A stretch of DNA of 45,250 bases, the filler included, from Sphacelaria rigidula (taxonomy: Eukaryota): NCBI GenBank assembly GCA_964200075.2. It is 2 parts of 2 records of this genome, joined end to end, with 100 filler letters (N's around TTAATTAATTAA, not from the genome) between each part and the next. Parts side by side here need not be neighbours in the genome. Positions count along the whole stretch, not along the records: positions 1 to 22,588 come from CAXNAA020000327.1; 1 more part is not named here. One strand, given 5' to 3'. The position numbers and the translations under genes are program-made. The notes below the pieces were generated by a model. That model was not told the DNA's origin. It searched no databases and saw only the letters and a list, made by a program, of their open reading frames with translations. The stretch's first letter is position 1; each line of letters begins with the position of its first letter. Positions 1 through 12,800 of the stretch are shown here, in pieces.

Positions 1-63
1 TGTGCGGTGTCTATCTGCAACACCGCCCGCGCCCCCCCCCCCTTCCCTCTGCGGGGCTTCGCC

Positions 64-97
<34 letters not shown>

Positions 98-1269
98 ACG
101 CGCCTGCCCCATTTCATCGATATACCCCCTTCTCCGTCCTTGCCCTGACCATCCACTCGCTCGAAACCGTGCGCACTGATGCCGCCGTCCTTAACCCTTG
201 TACAGCGACCCCCCCTCAGCAAGACTTGGATGTACTGTGCCATTTTGGGCGGTTCAGAGCAGCTCTTTTCTTGCTACACAAAACGTCCGCGTTCATCAAC
301 GTATGGGTATTGGACATCTAGAGAAAAAACAGTCGCGGAAGAAAGCCTGACCGGTTTCGACCCTGTCGCCAATTGCATGCGGTCAGTGAGTATTCGCTGG
401 ATACAATGGCAAGAAACACTCGACAGTCAGCGTGTGATCGGTCTCCACTCAGAAGAATCTAGTGCATGCTGCTGATGTCTTTTCTTGGTGTTTTACAACA
501 CTTGAGACAGGGTGAAGCTGTGCCTGCAACACGAAAAGAGGCGCTAGGCAGGCAGCATTCACCACGAGCCGAGATTGAAGCACGTCATTTGTGCCCGTGC
601 TATCCATGCTTGAGTTGTCTTGACCAAAATTAAAAATACGGCCAGACAGCGGGGTGGCCCATCCATAGATAATCTGTGGAGGAATAAAGAGATCATTTTG
701 ATTACCGTGGTTTTTCTGAATGTTATGCACCGCTCCTCTTTTGCCTCGTTCTTGGACAAGAAAATCGTGGAGAACTTTTGAGACACAAATGGTAAACGAG
801 GTGAACTTTTTGGCTGTTACGCCCACAGGCCCCCATCCCTCTTCACACCGTCCCCCAGCCCCATGTAAACCCCCGTATGTCCCTGAACTGTGCTGGTGAA
901 ACTGTTACAAGTTGACGTTCGCGGTCCAAGGTTCAACCCTTAGGCAGCGACTTCCCCGCAGGTGGACGTCTTGGGCTATGCCACATCCACATCTGGGCTT
1001 GATAACTCCTTCCTCGCCGCGAAAAGGACCTCTCAACATATGGACGTACATCATCTCTAAAGAAAACGGTTCCGAAGAACCCCTGACCACGGTTGACTGT
1101 TCAGTCTAAATCGTGCACAGTCAGAATGTGTGCGGTATGTCTCGGCTGGATACAACAAGAAGTAGTGGGCGTGTCATCGCTGTCCACTGCTGAACACAAT
1201 TTTCTCCATACTGCTAATGCCTCTGCCTAGTGTTGCACAACATAACAGTGTGGAGCTATGCTGACAATA

Positions 1270-2150
1270 TATTTCTCGTGTTTTTCACACGATTTAGTAA
1301 AAATAAAAATGTTGTGAGGTGTCCAGTCGCCAATAACTCACGGGGAGAGAACAAAAATGCAGGAGGCAGATGATGGCGCCTTCGCACATCCGTCGTATAC
1401 TTCGTGTCGAAATTTCATGAAGAAAACGAGCCCAAATGAGCTGCATAATCGCGTGTTGGTGTTGAAGACCGATATCTATGTACAGATGGACCAGCGACGA
1501 AAACATGAAACGCAGTCCTGCTGTTCACTTTCAAGTCTTTTCCCACGGAATTTTGGCACGTTGTGCAAGAGGTATGGTGGAAAGACCCTGTTCTCTCTTG
1601 ATTTTTTTTCAATGAGTTGTGGACGGTTTTGTCCCCCCCCCCCTCCCCCTTTTTTATTCATCACCAATAATTCATGAGGGGGAAGGAAGGGAGCTTCGCA
1701 CATACCTCATGAACATGGTGTCGAATTTCCATAGAAACGACTCAAAATTGACCAGCGCAACCGCGGTTTTCTGTTGAAAACTGACTGTCTCGCTTTTGAA
1801 GCATAACAACCTCAGCCGCAACTTTGACGCTCTCTACAAGCTTTTCTCACCCGCTGCTTACCGGTTCGCACACTACTACCAGACGCGTTGGTGAGCTGGA
1901 GGCCTCGCCTGCGTCCAATCTCAGATACTGCGCGCTTACGGTACATGTATTGTTGTACAACCACAACTTGTGCAGCACCATCACTTCGCGGCCACGGCCA
2001 ACCGACTGTAACCGAAAATGCGATGTCAGCCTTTTCCCTCCCTAATTCCGCCGCACATGTTACCCTCGACTCTACACACTTCGCAGCTGACTAGAGTTTG
2101 GTATTTCATTTGATGAGAATTCGTCGGCTCGGACCGATCCGGGAAAATGA
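1270..2150 (+). repeat. Diverged, terminus-less copy of the 10951-12072 MITE family
   Basis: Colinear shared blocks (CTTCGCACAT, AATCGCGTGTT, ATGAAACGC, TTTTTTCAATGAGTTGT, CTAATTCCGCCG, CTCTACACACTTCGCA) with 11090-11960. Boundaries approximate. Confidence 0.8.
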
Positions 2151-2438
2151 ACTCGTTCTCTCTCGCCATCACCGTGTTTTGTGAAGGTGGCTCTTACAAT
2201 CCCGTCAGAACACAACATATCGCGCCCACTTGGATGATGGCCAGGCATTTATATCCCTGCTTGTATTGCCTCTCTCAGTACGTCTATGTCTTGCTTCATT
2301 GCTTGAATGAAGACGAGGTGGCTCAACGCGGACATGAATAATGTATGGATGATCGAGTGATAAACCCTTTCGGTACTGGCGATGAAAAAGTGTGGATTCC
2401 GAGGTGCCGGATTTTGAACGACGTATGGTTGATTATTC

Positions 2439-2764
2439 CAGTAGACCTAAGGATTTGTACGTAAACAATGGTTGGTACTCGATTTTACTTGATTTTAGAC
2501 TGAACAAAGTTCTGAGAAAGTTCATGGTCTGGGGCAGGTGAGCAGTGGACCCAGCTCGTCTAGAACGTGTTTTGGTCCAAAATCGGCTGAAAGGCGTCGA
2601 TTTAAGCTCTGGCAACGCACACTTTGCCTAGGGAACACTCCGCACCCCCTTGCCCGAGGGTTCTCGGTATGCCTTGGTCGGGGTTAGGGTTGGGGTTAGC
2701 GTTAGGGTTGGCGGCATCTCCATAGTACCAACCGTTGTTTACGTACAAATCCTCAGGTCGCCTC
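2439..2764. mobile_element. MITE, ~40-bp TIRs, perfect 8-bp TSD (hAT-like), internal telomere-like tract
   Basis: Left end ...GACCTAAGGATTTGTACGTAAACAATGGTTGGTACT matches the reverse complement of the right end. GATTATTC lies at 2431-2438 and 2765-2772. GGGTTAGGGTTGGGGTTAGCGTTAGGG is at ~2681-2707. Confidence 0.85.
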
Positions 2765-3204
2765 GATTATTCACAGCGTTCACGCAAAGCGATTAGCCCG
2801 AGGCATGTTTTCCAGATCTGTATGAAGATGTGCCCCATTGCCGCACAGAACTCAGTATGAAGAGGATAGACGGGTGTGCCGATTTTTGTTTGTAATGACT
2901 TCAGGCATGTGAGCGCTGATTTCGACTCTGTGCACAAGCTTAAACGTACTTGACCCGTTGCGCCCCTCACTATTGTAGACAGAAAGAATCCGACTGCACC
3001 AGGGTGTCATTTTTGGTGCACGCATGACGCATGCTGCTGGATTCTTGTGTAGCCTTTGGTGGTGTTTGTTCCCATCTTTTCATCAGGAATTGAAACCAAG
3101 AGGCGTCCGACACGGGGACGGAAGGGGAGGGTTCCAAAGGGTTCAAGGGTCGAATAAATCAGTGATTCGTCTAGAAATTTCCAAGGATCGGACGAATAAT
3201 GATT

Positions 3205-3590
3205 CGTCTGGAAATTACTTGGTTTTAGTATCATGAGTCGACTCGTGACGAATCAACCCCCAGGCTTTATTTCAGCGTTGCANNNNNNNNNNTTGGGACA
3301 ATCAGGCCGAAGAAATCGGGAATTTGGTGATTTTGAGTCGTGATGACTTCTCCTAACCGTGGAAATTTCTTGGTTTTAGTGTACATAATTCTAATCGTAC
3401 GAATCCATCCCTAGGCTTCGTTTTCAGCGTTGCAACCCAGGTACACGCAGCCGAGACACGTGGAATGGCGCGAAAGTTGCGTTGATAGCCCTTGGACCAG
3501 CGGTCAATTTCTCCCTCCCTTTTCGGCAATCAGGCCGAAGAAACCGTGGATTTGGTGAGATTCGAACCTGTGATGGTTCATCCTAATCAT
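3205..3590 (+). repeat. Tandem ~230-bp repeat spanning a 10-N gap (3283-3292)
   Basis: GGAAATT-CTTGGTTTTAGT...TTTCAGCGTTGCA at ~3210 and ~3361; CAATCAGGCCGAAGAAA at 3299 and 3527. Confidence 0.7.
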
Positions 3591-4293
3591 GAGAGAGATA
3601 ACCGGGGATCCAGCCGTGGCCATTACAAACATGATGGACGTACCCGGAATGAAACGAGCTGTTACTGACTCGCCCATAGAAATCGAAAAAGCAGAAAGTT
3701 GAAATGGGCAGGAAAAACACAGTGGAGGAGAAGGAAAATAAAAGAAGTGAATATGGAACGTCTCTGCAACATGGGCACGGTGGAGAAGCTGTGGTGGCAG
3801 ACGGCGGCTGATCTAGTTCGACCTGACTGTTTTTGGTATGGAACTTTCATCTATGAATCCTGGAGAAACGAGACACGAAACTGCTACTTTCATACACCGG
3901 CAGGAAAGAACGCATGGAGAGGGATGTTGAAAGGAGGGAACAAAGCATAAAGATACTAAATATGTTCTGGAAATTGATGTGCATCGGGCCCGCACTTCTC
4001 AATCGAGTTGATGAACCTTCGTAGATATCGATTCCGCGATGTCACGCGGTGGCACTTCCTGATCAAGAATACAAAAGTAGGAGGTCGAATCTACAAACCG
4101 CTGCCTACAGTTGTGCGCGGCGTGGCGGAACGCCGTTTGTACAGGCTGATTTTGAACATGGATATTGGTCTGTACGGTGCTGTAGCGGGGTACTGACGGT
4201 ACCGTGTAATAGCCTTCAAACAAGCTATTCAATTTTGTAATTGGGTATTCATGGCGATTCTTCCTGCGCCACCGCCCATCACAGTGAACGTTT

Positions 4294-5814
4294 CAAGGGT
4301 AGGTCGAGTAGAGTATGTACTTGCACTTTTGAGTACTCGAGTAAAAAACTCAATTACTCTTCTCGACGCTTGAGTAGGTCGAGTACGGCCTCGAATATCC
4401 TACTCAAATTCTGAGTAGGTCGAGCACGGCCTCGAATACTATACAAGCTGGTTCACGGCGATCACCTAAAGAACATTCATCGGCAAAACCTCACGCCGTT
4501 TTGCTGAGTTGGACCCTGAAATTTTGCACAAATGTTATATGGGTAATTACGCAACTTTCGATGATCGAGTTTTTTTTACTCCTCGACTTTTTTCACAGTT
4601 TTTCGGGGGTCCCAGTTTTTTGGGGCAAACATCAACTCAATCGGACCCCCGTAAAGCGGTAATAAATATAAAAGTAAAAAACCTCGTACATCCAAAGTTG
4701 CGTAATGTCCTAGAGCACAGTTATGCGGAATTTCAGGGTCTAACTCGTTGAAACGGCGTGAGGTTTTTGGCCTGTGCGATGAAGTTTGCCGTACCGCGTT
4801 GAAACCGCAAACTACTTGATTTCAGTACCAAAATGGCGTTTTTGGGCGTTCTTTGACGTGAACATGGAAATTCAAGCATCAGCTGATCCAGTTTTGCGAC
4901 GAAAATTTGTGGAGCCCATCCTTGGGTTATGCGGAGGCATATAGTTTGCGAAAAAATGGGGAAAAAATATCGTGGTGTCGTTTTTCTGAGGTTCCAAAAT
5001 GGAGACTACTTCGAAAAACGACTTCGATCCCGTCGGACCCCCGAAAAATTGTGAAGAACTCGAGAAGTACAAAAAACATCGTCCGTAGTAAGTTGCGTAA
5101 TGATACATGTCATATTTACGCAAAGTTTCAGGATCTAACTCCTAATGACAGCGCGAAAGTTCGCGCGTTTGTGGAGGACGTGGGCCTGAGACGTGCAACT
5201 CCCAACTACTTGGTTTCAGTATGGAAACGTATTTTGGGGTGAATTTGACGTCAAGGCAAGAAGAACTGTATGAGGTTTTCGATATTGTCCACCAAACTCT
5301 GTACATGTGTTCCTTGGACTCTCCCGGGACGCATTATTTCATTTTTTCCTTCTAGGGCATTCTGTACCGCCTTCCGTGGGGTCTTCATGCTGGGACCCCC
5401 GGAAGCCGGCGGAGAACGGAGAAAACATGATATCCTGTCAAGAATACAATTTTTTCATTTTGAGCATCAATACCTGTGTGGAAGGCATTTGCTGATGACA
5501 CAATTTTGGGTGATCACTGTGAACCAGCCTGTACTCAATTTTTGAGTAGGTCGAGTACGACCCCAAATACTCTACTCCAATACTAGCACTCTCAGTAATA
5601 CTTGAGTATAGAGTATCACTTGAGTATGACCTCAATACTCTACTCGCGTTTCGAGTAGACTGGGTATGGTCTCACGTACTCCATTCAAATTTAGGGTAGA
5701 TAGAGTACGGCGTCAAATATTCTACTCCAACTTTGAGTACTAGGAGTTTGACTCTTCAAGAATATTGAGTGTTGAGTGTTGAGTATTGAGTATACTCTAC
5801 TCGACTCACCCTTG
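4294..5814. mobile_element. hAT-like MITE built from GAGTAGGTCGAGTA repeats, interrupted by a second MITE
   Basis: TIR CAAGGGT(AG/GA)GTCGAGTAGAGTAT at both ends; flanks GAACGTTT / GAAGGATT (6/8, eroded TSD); ~38-40-bp internal tandem units on both sides of the insert. Confidence 0.72.
4444..5531. mobile_element. Tc1/mariner-type MITE (TA TSD), nested
   Basis: TA|CAAGCTGGTTCACGGCGATCACCTAAA ... TTTGGGTGATCACTGTGAACCAGCCTG|TA. Removing it restores the host repeat unit. Confidence 0.85.
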
Positions 5815-6070
5815 GAAGGATTGATCCCACAGTTGGAGGATCGGGAGATACTGGCATCCGCTTCACGTTCTGAGAAGAAGAAATCATCTCTACACTCGGT
5901 ACTGAACGAGGTAGGGGGTGACCGGTTCTCGGCAATGCTGCAAGTTTACAGTCCCAGGTTCTGACTCGGATTTTTCTCCATTGAACCAAAATCCCGATTG
6001 TTATTGTGAATAATCGCCAAAGGTGTTTTTCGGAAATACAATGTTTTCATCACGATGGAGCCAAGAAATG

Positions 6071-6339
6071 CACAGGTACCGTAGGTAAGGTACCGTACCG
6101 AGCGTACCCCCGGTATTTACCGGGGTGTCTCATACCGTGGTATGTGTAGGTATCGTAGGTACAAGTTTTGTAAATACCGGATTGGGCGGGTACGGGTAGG
6201 TATCAAAATGTCGATATACCCTGGTATCGCAGGTATCGTAGGGACAAGTTTTGAAAATACCGGTTTGGACTGGTATCGGTCGGGTATGAGATGTCCCAAA
6301 TACCGGTACTGGGTACCTACCTCACCTACGGTGTCTGTA
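6071..6339. mobile_element. MITE with 8-bp TSD (hAT-like), GGTAC/GGTAT-rich
   Basis: TIR CACAGGTACCGTAGGT / ACCTACGGTGTCTGTA; AAGAAATG at 6063-6070 and 6340-6347. Confidence 0.78.
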
Positions 6340-6721
6340 AAGAAATGTACTTTCTTTCACCAGAGCACTCTCATGATAAACCAGGTATTACCCCGCATCA
6401 CCCCGACAACACCAACTTGAGGATCTTGTCCTGAGTACAACCTGTTGGCTTTGATGATATCTAGCAATGTCGAATGCGAACGAGGAATGGCCAGCGAGAA
6501 ATTACAAAAAAAAAAAAAACACACCATAACGAAATTCGCCTAGGTTGCTTGCAGACTGCTGTATTCGTGCAAGAGTAACGAAAAACTTGAGACTGCAAAT
6601 TCCCCACAGCGAACAAAGAATCCATTCTCCGTGCACGATCATTTTTTCTTGTGTTTATTCGCTCACCGATTAATTTGGGACAATCTGTTCGTATCACTTG
6701 ATTCTTGCTTGCTGTCAACAG

Positions 6722-6850
6722 ATGTTGAAGTTGTGGACGGTGCGGGTTCAAGACGGTAACGGCCGGGAGATCTACGGCGATGACTATTCTGACATCTGGG
6801 CCATCAACCGCCTGCACTTCAAGGCGGCGGGCCCGTTCGATTGTGACCAC
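6722..6850 (+). CDS. Tyrosinase exon (first CuA His)
   Basis: tcaacag|ATG...GACCAC|gtgagc; MLKLWTVRVQDGNGREIYGDDYSDIWAINRLHFKAAGPFDCDH; 129 nt, phase 0. Confidence 0.85.
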
Positions 6851-9800
6851 GTGAGCTGTCGACCACCTTCGCTCCTTTTGTATCGAAGGCTTTTAACCCC
6901 AGCGTACATGCCTTACGTTGATCATGTGGCGTGAAACGGTTGTGTCACCGAACTATGTCAGGAGCGTTCGCGGACTGCCTGGAGTTGGACAAAGTTCCGC
7001 TGGTGTTGTTATCCAGCTCCCATGATCCACCGCAATTGCCGTCTCCACGCAGCGGTGTGACGACTGTGGCTTGAAGCTTCTCCGGAAGCGCTCCACGGCT
7101 TCTGCATACAATACATGTTGTTCCGTGATGTTCCTCTATTTCGTGTGGTCGAGTTATGATTTTGTCGTCTACATACGTTGTATCTGAGTCGCAATGCTCT
7201 TGTTCTGGGGTGGTTTTTGTACCACGTGAACTCAATTCGAATACGCTTCATGTGGAGAACGCTGCATGCAGCGGGTGTCTGTCGGGATCGTTTTGCAACC
7301 AGTACCAGCACTCATGCTTTGACTCTCCCCTTTTTTGCTTTTACTTGGAGTGTGCGGGGTCATGTTATGCACGATGCTCACTTTCCATTTCTGCCCCTCA
7401 CCTTGAGTTAATTTCCGAGGAGTTGTCGAAGTTATTGAAGTTGCGTACATGGATGCTGTCACCGTCGTCACCATGCCAATGCCAACATCCGTACCGGACC
7501 AGTTGACGTGGTGCAGCCGGTCTATTCGGGTAAATCGTGTGCCCTAACGATGCTCGATATCTTCCGCGCGTCTGTTCTAAGGGTCGACCGAGTCATGATT
7601 AGAATGGCATTTATTTGGTTTTCATATAGTCGATTCGTACCGTACGAGTCAATGGTTGGTCATTCTTTCAACGTTGCACCCCAGATACGGGCACTCGAGG
7701 TACGTGGAATAGCGCAAGAATTGCGTGGGGAATGTTTTGTGCCGCGGTTACTTGTATTCTCTCTTCCGATCGATCAAGCCTCATATATCGTAGATGTGGT
7801 GATTCCAACCAGCGATGATCCGTCCGACTCTTTTTCTGTTCAGTTTCTCGCCTGTGCCGGAGTTTGCTTGCTGCATCCTCGTTTTTCATACGGTGTGTTG
7901 GTTCGCGGTCGTCATCATCGGTGTGGACCTTGCTTTGCTGTGTTCCTCCGTCATCAGTCACGGTTCCGGGTGCTTCAACACTTACTTTTATGTTGTTCGT
8001 GCCCTTCGTCTTTTCCCATTTGTTCTCATTCTGCGCACTGTCACCGAGAATTTCACCGCTATTTGATGCTGCGGGGTCTCACATACGTCGTCGCCCTCTT
8101 GGTGACATGATGGCCTGATGGCGTGTACTTGACACTCGGGAAGTCTCGACGGTTGTGCTTGTGCTGATTCTCCCCTCTTCCTGTATCGTTCGTCGTCCTT
8201 GACTACCGTTACAGTTCCACGACGGCCTCGGATTCCTGACGAGTCACTCTCTGCTCACCAACACGTTTGAGTATAGCTTGCAAAGGGTCAACCCCAAGCT
8301 GACGGTGCCATACTGGGACTTCACCATCGAGAAATCCACGTTTGGTGGCGACGATGGTAGCATCCCCGAGAACCAGGCGAACTCTCCCTTGTTTCAGTCA
8401 GACTGGTTCGGCAGCCAGGACGCTGATGATCAGATGGTACGTTGCGGGGAAAAAATTTTGCTTCCAAATTACTTGGCGCTCTCGTCGCCCGGAATCCTTC
8501 TTGGAAGCTGAGTCGGCAAGCGTCCCGGAGTGTTTGAAATAACTTGCTCATGAAGAATACTAGGTGCTGCGCGTCCTGCGCTTGTCGTGCGTTTTCGTGA
8601 AAAGCGACGAGTAGCGTCGGTGATGGCGCTGTCATAGTAGCAGTGTGCTCCCCAAGTTCGCTTGCGATTAATCAGCTGGATCACCCTGTCGATGTCGATC
8701 AAACATGTCCGCACCATCAGGCTTCGGTACACATGGTAGCGCCTCCTCTCTTCACCCTCTATATTTTTCTCGTGTGCAAATCGCACAGGTTAAGGATGGT
8801 AGGTGGGCGTACACAGAAGTCCCGCGAGTGGTGGCCAACAACCCTGGCAATCTCGAGGTCGACGTGTACAGCAAGCTTCGCGCGGCTTGGAACGTGAACG
8901 ACCGAGCGTGAGTGATACCATCTGTAGGCGCAACAGAGTCGTGTCGATTGCAGGGTGTGGTGGAGTATGAGGAGTGGAAGCAGAGCTGATGTTCCGCTGC
9001 AGCTCACCCCATTTTTCACTCAAATGTATTTCATTTGCTGGATCATGTCATACTTCCTCTGTCCCATGAATGTAGTCCGTTATGATAACACCGACCCTTA
9101 TCCTCGTCCAATGTCGTGGGCGATATATAATTTCAAACATGTTCAGATTTTTGAGTACAATCTTGTTTTTTTTTCCTGTTCGCGTAGAACCAGCGTGCGT
9201 GAATGGCCGATAAACGATCAGTCGTCCCCAAATGGCCATAACTCGCCCCTTTTCCATAACACAAAACCTTGGGAACCCGAAAAACGGTAACAGTCGCGAA
9301 AAAAAAAAGCACAACTGGCTCTTTTTCTCCGGTTCATCGCTGGCATACGAAAGCTACGCCTAGTCCGAAACCACTCGCTTGCATTGCAGCCTTCAATGAT
9401 TTCAAGAGCCAAATTCGTTGAAACTCGGCCGACAATACACAAAATGGTGAAATTTGGTCGAAATTTGGACATGTCTGACCCAAGGATTCTGAGGTGAGAC
9501 GATAATTTTGTTCTTGTTTTTTCCAGTGGCCATTTCCCAAAGTATACATTCTGCACGAACCTAACCATAACATCGTGAGCACCTCCGTTGGCGAGGTACG
9601 GCCCATCTCCCATAACGGACTCTACTCATGGGACAGAGGGAGTATCCACCTAGTGAAAAAAAGGTGAGGCAAAGGCTGGATATTATGGCACACAAAATTT
9701 TGGCCCACGGATTGTTCACTGTGACGGCGTTTGAGCCACTTTTTGACCCCTTAACAGGGAAAATCGCCAACACACGTCGTAAACACTTTGCATCGCCCCA

Positions 9801-12800
9801 CAGAGGGGAGTCTAGCTCGCTTTTCAGATTCGCTTGGCTACGAGGTTTCAAGATTGACCGCTTAACAAAACTCCGTGTGCAACAAGATCTACGGCGATCT
9901 CCACAGATTATTGGGTACACTGGCGGAGGTCGGCAAGCACAGATTTTTGCACACGAATTTCCTTTCAGCGGCCGATCTCGAAACCTCGGAGCCAAGCGAA
10001 TCTGAGAAGTGGGCCAGGCTCCTCCCTGTGGGGTGGTTGATACAAAGTGTCCAAGACGTGTGTTGGCGATTTTCCCTGTTTGGGGGTCAAAAAGGGGGTC
10101 AAACATCCCAAAAGTGACCAATCCGTGGACCAAACTTGCAGTGTCTCGGTCGCAGGCTGGCGCCCAACTGTTGCCGATGTGATGTCAATACTCGCTGATA
10201 CATGAATCTCGTGATCACGTGCAGCACTCGTAGTATACCCGTCGTGTGTCGGCGCTGTTTGTGTTTCGCCATGCGCCGCTGTGAAAGAATATCTACTATT
10301 CATATGATTCCAACGTTGCGTATAGCACACAACCGATACTTGATCCATCACCCACCCTTCAAGGTCGGAGAGGTATTTCATTGATTTTTTGGGTTGGACA
10401 TCTTCAAGGTCATCCCGTCCCTGTCACCTTCCTTTTGTGTCATTTGATCAATCTGCTTGCCAATGATGAACACGAAGCAAGCGTCAACCGCTTTTGTTTC
10501 GGGATCAGCCGACACATGACTGCGAGTGCATACTGCTGAAAATCACAGATATTTGAGCCGTGGCTTTGGCGACATGTGCGGAGCTAGAGTGCAGTCCTAC
10601 TACCCCTGGCCTACCTGTGAAATGCACTACAACCTCAACCAGGAGCACAATGACTTCTACTCCTACGTGTGGAAGAGCTTGTACGATCCCCACGGCCCTG
10701 TCCATGTGTGGCTCGGTGGTGTGATGGACTGTCAGGTGTGAAAGTACGGATGGCGTGTGATGCGGTCTGTGTTGTGTTGTTCCTCGTTTCAACCTGCGAG
10801 CTTCGACTCGGAATGGTTTTGGCCTGCGGACAGTTGAGGGGTATCAAGAGGCCTCCAAACAGGGAGGAGGGGGGGGTAGTGCGGTTCCACAGTCGGTTGG
10901 AGGGAGCCTCTCGTATTATCTTTGCATGTTTTTGGGGGCGTTGCTGTGTACAGGCTGGATCGCCCAAGACGCGGACAAAGATGTGAAAACGCGATTTAGC
11001 AGCTCAATATTGGGTCGTTTTCTATGAGTTTGACACGATGTACAGGATATATGTGCGAAGACGCCACCTTTCCCCCCTTTATACATATTTTTCGAAGTTA
11101 TTCACGATTTTGTTTCGAAAAACTGCTCCGAAATGTTTGGTCGCCGATAACTCACGGAGAAGAAGAAACAAATGTAGAGGGAGAAAGGTGGTGTCTTCGC
11201 ACATACATCATGTACATCGCGTCAAAATTTCATTGAAAACGACCTGAAACTCAGCTGCTAAATCGCGTGTTCGTGTCCAAGACTGGTTCCTATGTGGAGA
11301 TCGACCAGCCACGAAAAAATGAAACGCGGTTATGCTGTTGAACTTTGAATATTTTCTCACAAAATTTCGACATGATGCGCATGGGGTATGTCTTGAACTC
11401 CCTGTTGTCCCCGCTTGATATATTTATTTTTTCAATGAGTTGTCGACGCTTTTGCTCTAGAAAAAACTATTCCGAATTTTACATCACCAATAACATGAGA
11501 GGGAAGAAAAGAGGGGGCAAACGGTAGGGGCTTCACATATACCCCATGTATACCGTGTCAAAATTTCGTGGGAAACATCGTCAAATTGAGCAGTGAAATC
11601 GCGTTTTCAACCGAAAACCGGTTCACTTGCTTTTAGAGTACAATAACCGCAGCCGGAACTTTGACGTTTTCTACAAGCGCGACGCCTTGGCGCGCTAGAG
11701 ATCTCGTCTGCGTGCCATCTCAGACACTGCACGCCTACAGTACGACATGCCTTGTTGTACAACCACAACTAGTGCAGCGCCATCATTTTGCGGCCGCGGG
11801 ACAACTGACTGTAACCATAAACGCGATTTCAGCCGTTTTTTCCTCCTCCTAATTCCGCCGTACGTGCCACCCTCAACTCTCTACACTTCGCAACTGACTG
11901 CAGTTTGGTATTTCGTTTCATGGGAACTTGTCAGATCGCAGTGCTACGGGAAGTGAAAGACGCGCGTTGATTTGCAAATTACCACGATGTATCATAGTAG
12001 GCACAACTCGCGATAGATCATCAGTTAAAACAGGCTGAAGGAAAGTCCGCTTCTTAGGCGCGGCCCAGCCTGTACAGAGCCTGAATGAAAAGGGGCACGA
12101 TAATTTTGGTGGTTTGGATTGGTGGCTTGGCCCATGTCTCTTTATGGGTCAACTGTGTTGAACTACCTCGCAGCCTAGCTCCATTTTCTCCAAACTGTAA
12201 CGACGACTCCACCTCCGAGGCACTAGAGAAAAGGTGGTGCTTGTTGCTCCTTGCGGGACGTCCGATGTTGGAAGTATGTGTGGGGTTGTTGTACTCGGCA
12301 CCAATCGAGCTGGGTTCGCCAAATGCTAACTGAATCGAGGAAGAGCTTTGCAGCCCCTCATGCTCCTACCTTCCTCACAGGGAGTTCGTGAGAAATTTTA
12401 GCCTCGAGGAACTGAGACATCGAGTCACATTTTATTCGGTGCCCGTATCGGCTTTATTGACCTAGCATATCATGGGCACATACACCCCACGTCCACCCGA
12501 TCGAAACATTCGCGAGGTGATGGTATCCTGAAACCAGCATCACTTGAAGCGCCCAGTTGGATCAAGATGACGATGTTTTCTTACCCCTGGCCGTGGACGC
12601 CGTTGACCAATAATCTCTTCCACAGGAAACCTACGCGAAGGTTGCTGACCTGGTGGGCATTGATAAGGCGACTAATCTGGCGTACTACTCCTTCATTCAC
12701 CGGAAAAATCTGTTCCGAGACGGATTTTGGGGCTGCGAGGGTACAGCTTCAGTGAACGCAAAGCCCTACGAGGTAATGCTGTTTGTCTCAACCTCTCTTC

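Noticed and set aside
7-321. Proline-rich ORF
   Set aside because: Poly-Pro is just the translation of poly-C tracts. The same applies to 22737-22928 and 29193-29405.
210-830. Coding exon or named transposase
   Set aside because: It looks like a dispersed repeat, but no frame gives a recognisable motif, so I cannot support a call.
5833-5910. AG...GT-bounded 78-nt open segment (LEDREILASASRSEKKKSSLHSVLNE) as the missing tyrosinase exon
   Set aside because: It is phase-compatible but has a weak pyrimidine tract and no resemblance to the expected tyrosinase N-terminal motif. Unsupported without cDNA.
7508-8110. 200-aa ORF
   Set aside because: It lies in a tyrosinase intron with no domain motif or coding-like composition.
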